DNA of 38,261 nucleotides from Waddliaceae bacterium (GTDB lineage Bacteria; Chlamydiota; Chlamydiia; Chlamydiales; SLFE01): NCBI GenBank assembly GCA_963783885.1, contig CAWAPJ010000036.1, positions 1 to 38,261 of the forward strand, read 5' to 3'. Shown piece by piece: positions 35,299 to 38,261 of this stretch (position 1 is its first letter; each line of letters starts with the position of its first letter). The notes under the pieces were generated by a model. It saw only the letters and a program-made list of their open reading frames with translations, ran no database searches and was not told where the DNA came from. The position numbers and the translations under genes were made by a program.

Positions 35299-38261
35299 TT
35301 ATGTTTTCAGCAATTCCAGCACATCTTCCCAAGTGAGTTTTGACATTGCCTCTTCATCGGAACTGATGACTTTTTTGACAAGGCCGCGCTTTCGATTTTG
35401 CATTTCGAGGATCTTCTCCTCAATCGTGCTGAGAGTGACAAGTTTATACGAAGAGACATTTTGTGTCTGGCCAATTCTGTGCACCCGGTCTGTCGCCTGG
35501 TCCTCAGCGGCCGGATTCCACCACGGGTCGTAATGGATCACAGAATCAGCGCCAACCAGATTCAATCCGGTCCCTCCGGCTTTGAAGGAAACCAAGAAGA
35601 CAAGGACACTCGAATCCTCATTAAATTCATTCACTATAGCCATGCGGTCTTTTGTCGAACCGTCGAGGTAGCAAAAACGGATGCCCCGTTTTTCCAGATC
35701 TTTCCGCATGATTTGCAGCATGCGCGTATATTGACTGAAAATCACGGTTTTGTGTCCGCCGTCAATCAGCGACTCAAGAAGCTCAAGCATCATCTCGTAC
35801 TTGGACGAATCCCCCGCTTCAGCCTTCTCTTTGGCAAATATCGCGGGATGGCAGCAAATTTGCTTGAGTCTGGTCAGCGTGGCAAGAATCTGGATTTGCA
35901 CCTTGTTGAACCCTTCCTTTTCAACCAGATGGGAAAGCTCTTGGCGCGCGGTATTGGCGTAGGAGCGGTAAAGCTCTTTTTGAACATCGGAAAGGTGGCA
36001 GTGGTAGACAATATGGGAGACCGGAGGAAGTTCGGAAAGGACATCCTTTTTCATGCGGCGGAGGATGAAAGGAGACACTTTCTTTCTTAAAACATCAAGA
36101 TTGCCTCCCTCTCCCATAAGATGAACAGCGGATATATTTTTCAGAAAAACGTTCAAAGGAGCTTAAAAGTCCCGGCATGAGATAATCAAAAAGGCTCCAA
36201 AGCTCCTCTAAAGAGTTTTCGATCGGAGTTCCTGTCAGAATCAGGCGGTGGCAGCTTCTTACCCGCTTGACCGATTTGGCGTTTCTGGTACCCCTGTTTT
36301 TAATATGCTGAGCCTCATCGAGAACAGCATAGCCGAAAACAATCTCCTGATACATTTCGATATCTTTTTGAAGCAGGCTGTAAGAAGTGATCAGCAGATC
36401 GTATTTCTCGCATTTGGCGATCAATTTTTTCCTCTGCGCCGGCGTTCCGTCGACAATCAGCACCTTAAGCTTTGGGTTGAACTTGATAAGTTCTTCTTTC
36501 CAGTTATAAACAAGGGAGGTTGGGCATACGATGAGCGAGAGCGAGTCGGGATTTTCTTTCTTGTACTGGGTGACGGCAACAATAGCCTGAAGTGTTTTGC
36601 CAAGACCCATATCGTCTGCCAATATCCCCGACAGATGCATTTTTCTTAGCCTCTCGAGCCACTTAACCCCTTCATGCTGGTACTCTCTGATCTCTCCTTT
36701 TACCTCTTTCGGTATCGAGGTGGCTCGAATCGGGATCTCACCGAGCATTTGTTTTTGAATTTGCAAAAGCTTGTTACTCATCGAATACTTGATCGGAAGA
36801 TCTTTGAATTGCTCCTCGGAAATGCTGGCCAGGCTCCAAAGAGGCCTCTCTTCGGTATGATTATCAAGCAGATTCAATCCCAGTTCATCAAAAATTTGCA
36901 CGACCGGAGCAATTTTATCCAGATCGAGCACCAGAATTTTTTGGAGCTGACCGGAATTTTCCTCCCTCTTTGACTTTGCGCCCTTTTTTCTTCTCAGCTC
37001 GATGAACGACCGTTTGGAGGCGAGGCAGTCCCAAAGCTGATCCACCGTAAAGCCCTTAAGCTCGCCGTTGACTTTCAATTCAACCTTGTAAAAGTCAACT
37101 TTATCCGTCTCTTTCAGCTTCAGTTCAAAAGTGGAGTTGTCATAGATAAATTTGTCCAAAAGGTTTTTCGGGCAATTAAACGTTACCTTTTTTTGGTTCC
37201 TCGGCACGACCTCGGTCATGAATTCTACGATTTTTTTTTCATTCTTGGCCACAAAACAGCCGAACTTGGGATCGTAGTTAAAATCCTGAAACAAGTCTTC
37301 GATGATTTTTTGCTCTTCGGTCAGGTTGCGGGCCAGAATACCCTCTTCGGAGACAAAAGGAAGTATATGAGAACTTTTGATATGCTGGGAAGCTGCCGGA
37401 ACTTTAATTTTGTCATATACAAAGTTAAGGCTGGCTTCCAACTCCCCGTCGAGGTACTGGATATCGCAAAAAGCGGTGATCTCGCCGACATAGGGCATGG
37501 TGACAAACTTTTCAATGACCTCGCGGTTATCGACTTTAGCCATGCGCAAAATTTCGGGAAGAGCGTTTTCAACAAAGGTTCCGAAAAGCGGCTCGGGAAT
37601 GGTGATATCGCGAATGAGAGAAAGATGCCTCAGGTGCTTTCTTTTGACCTGGGATTGAAATCGGTAGTAAACATTGTCATGCAACAGTCCCGGCTTTGCG
37701 CATTCGAATAAAGTTGCCTCGTCGAGGGATACCGCCTCGCGGTCGGCAATAACGACAGAAGGCTGAAGAAAGAGCTTTGGAGCGGGAGCCTCCAAATATT
37801 CCAGAGCGAATTTCAGCTGGGCCGGATAATTGGAGATTTTGAGCGGCTCTTCCACAGCGCCGCAGCAAAAGCAGGGCATCTCTGTATAATCCCGTTTCAA
37901 TGGTCCGCTGCCATAGCCCGATCCCGATGTGTTCATGACAAGGTCGTAAGCGTGAGCCAGAATGGATCCGAACGCTTCGGAGTCAAGACAGAAAAGACTT
38001 GCGTTCCTTTCCTCGTCCCCCCCTTGGGGAAATCTCGCGAAATCCATGATCATTTTCAAAATTTGCGCGCTTTCGAGAGAAAATGACCGGAACCCGAAAA
38101 AAAAGCGCCGGTTACCGATGTAGAGAGCTTCATGATATCTGACAGCATCCAAAAATTCTTTGGCGTTTAAGATATTCAGGGGCTTGGAACGGTACGGCAC
38201 TCTTAAAGCCAGCTTCAATTCAATCGGCCTTTGCGGATCGTAAATTTGCTGGGCGGGAGGG
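35299..38261 (-). CDS. SNF2/SWI2-family helicase; 5' end lies outside the window; split by an apparent single-base frameshift near 36113
   Basis: ORF 36095-38218 (open to the window end) has GILADDMGLGKT, DEAQ and LTGTPIEN; ORF 35299-36156 has ILRRMKKDVL, FSQY, GLNL and QATDRVHRIGQ. Confidence 0.9.

Noticed and set aside
35398..37711. Long plus-strand ORFs (230, 133 and 172 aa)
   Set aside because: Antisense shadows of the SNF2 helicase with no recognisable motifs

Overview
Chromosomal window from an environmental Chlamydiota bacterium (Parachlamydiales/Waddlia-like; inferred from gene content and the chlamydial gene orders parE...hemA, nfo-murJ-rpsD, ctcB-ctcC...recO, yidD, pckG-mreB-SNF2). 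Core genes: parE (partial), pseB, hemH, hemA, asnS, nfo, murJ, rpsD, ctcB/ctcC, a Maf/DUF115 glycosyltransferase, hpf, riboflavin synthase, recO, tRNA-Arg(TCG), tRNA-Leu(GAG), RMD1-family, yidD, a LysM protein, pckG, mreB and a frameshifted SNF2 helicase. AT-rich accessory genes are interleaved: an F-box protein, two BTB proteins (one BTB-BACK-MATH), an AAA+/DUF4143 ATPase and a DUF1254/1214 protein. The most unusual structure is at the murJ 3' end. A 21-bp sequence occurs three times; two copies bracket an integrase-less 2.5-kb cassette encoding a small secreted six-cysteine protein and a large secreted FKBP-domain protein, followed by an 801-bp near-identical copy of the murJ 3' part. Four long palindromic MITE-like elements are present, and two interrupt effector-like genes whose reading frames can be reconstructed by hand. 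Several single-base frameshifts in homopolymers may be real or assembly errors. All calls come from reading the sequence; no searches were run.
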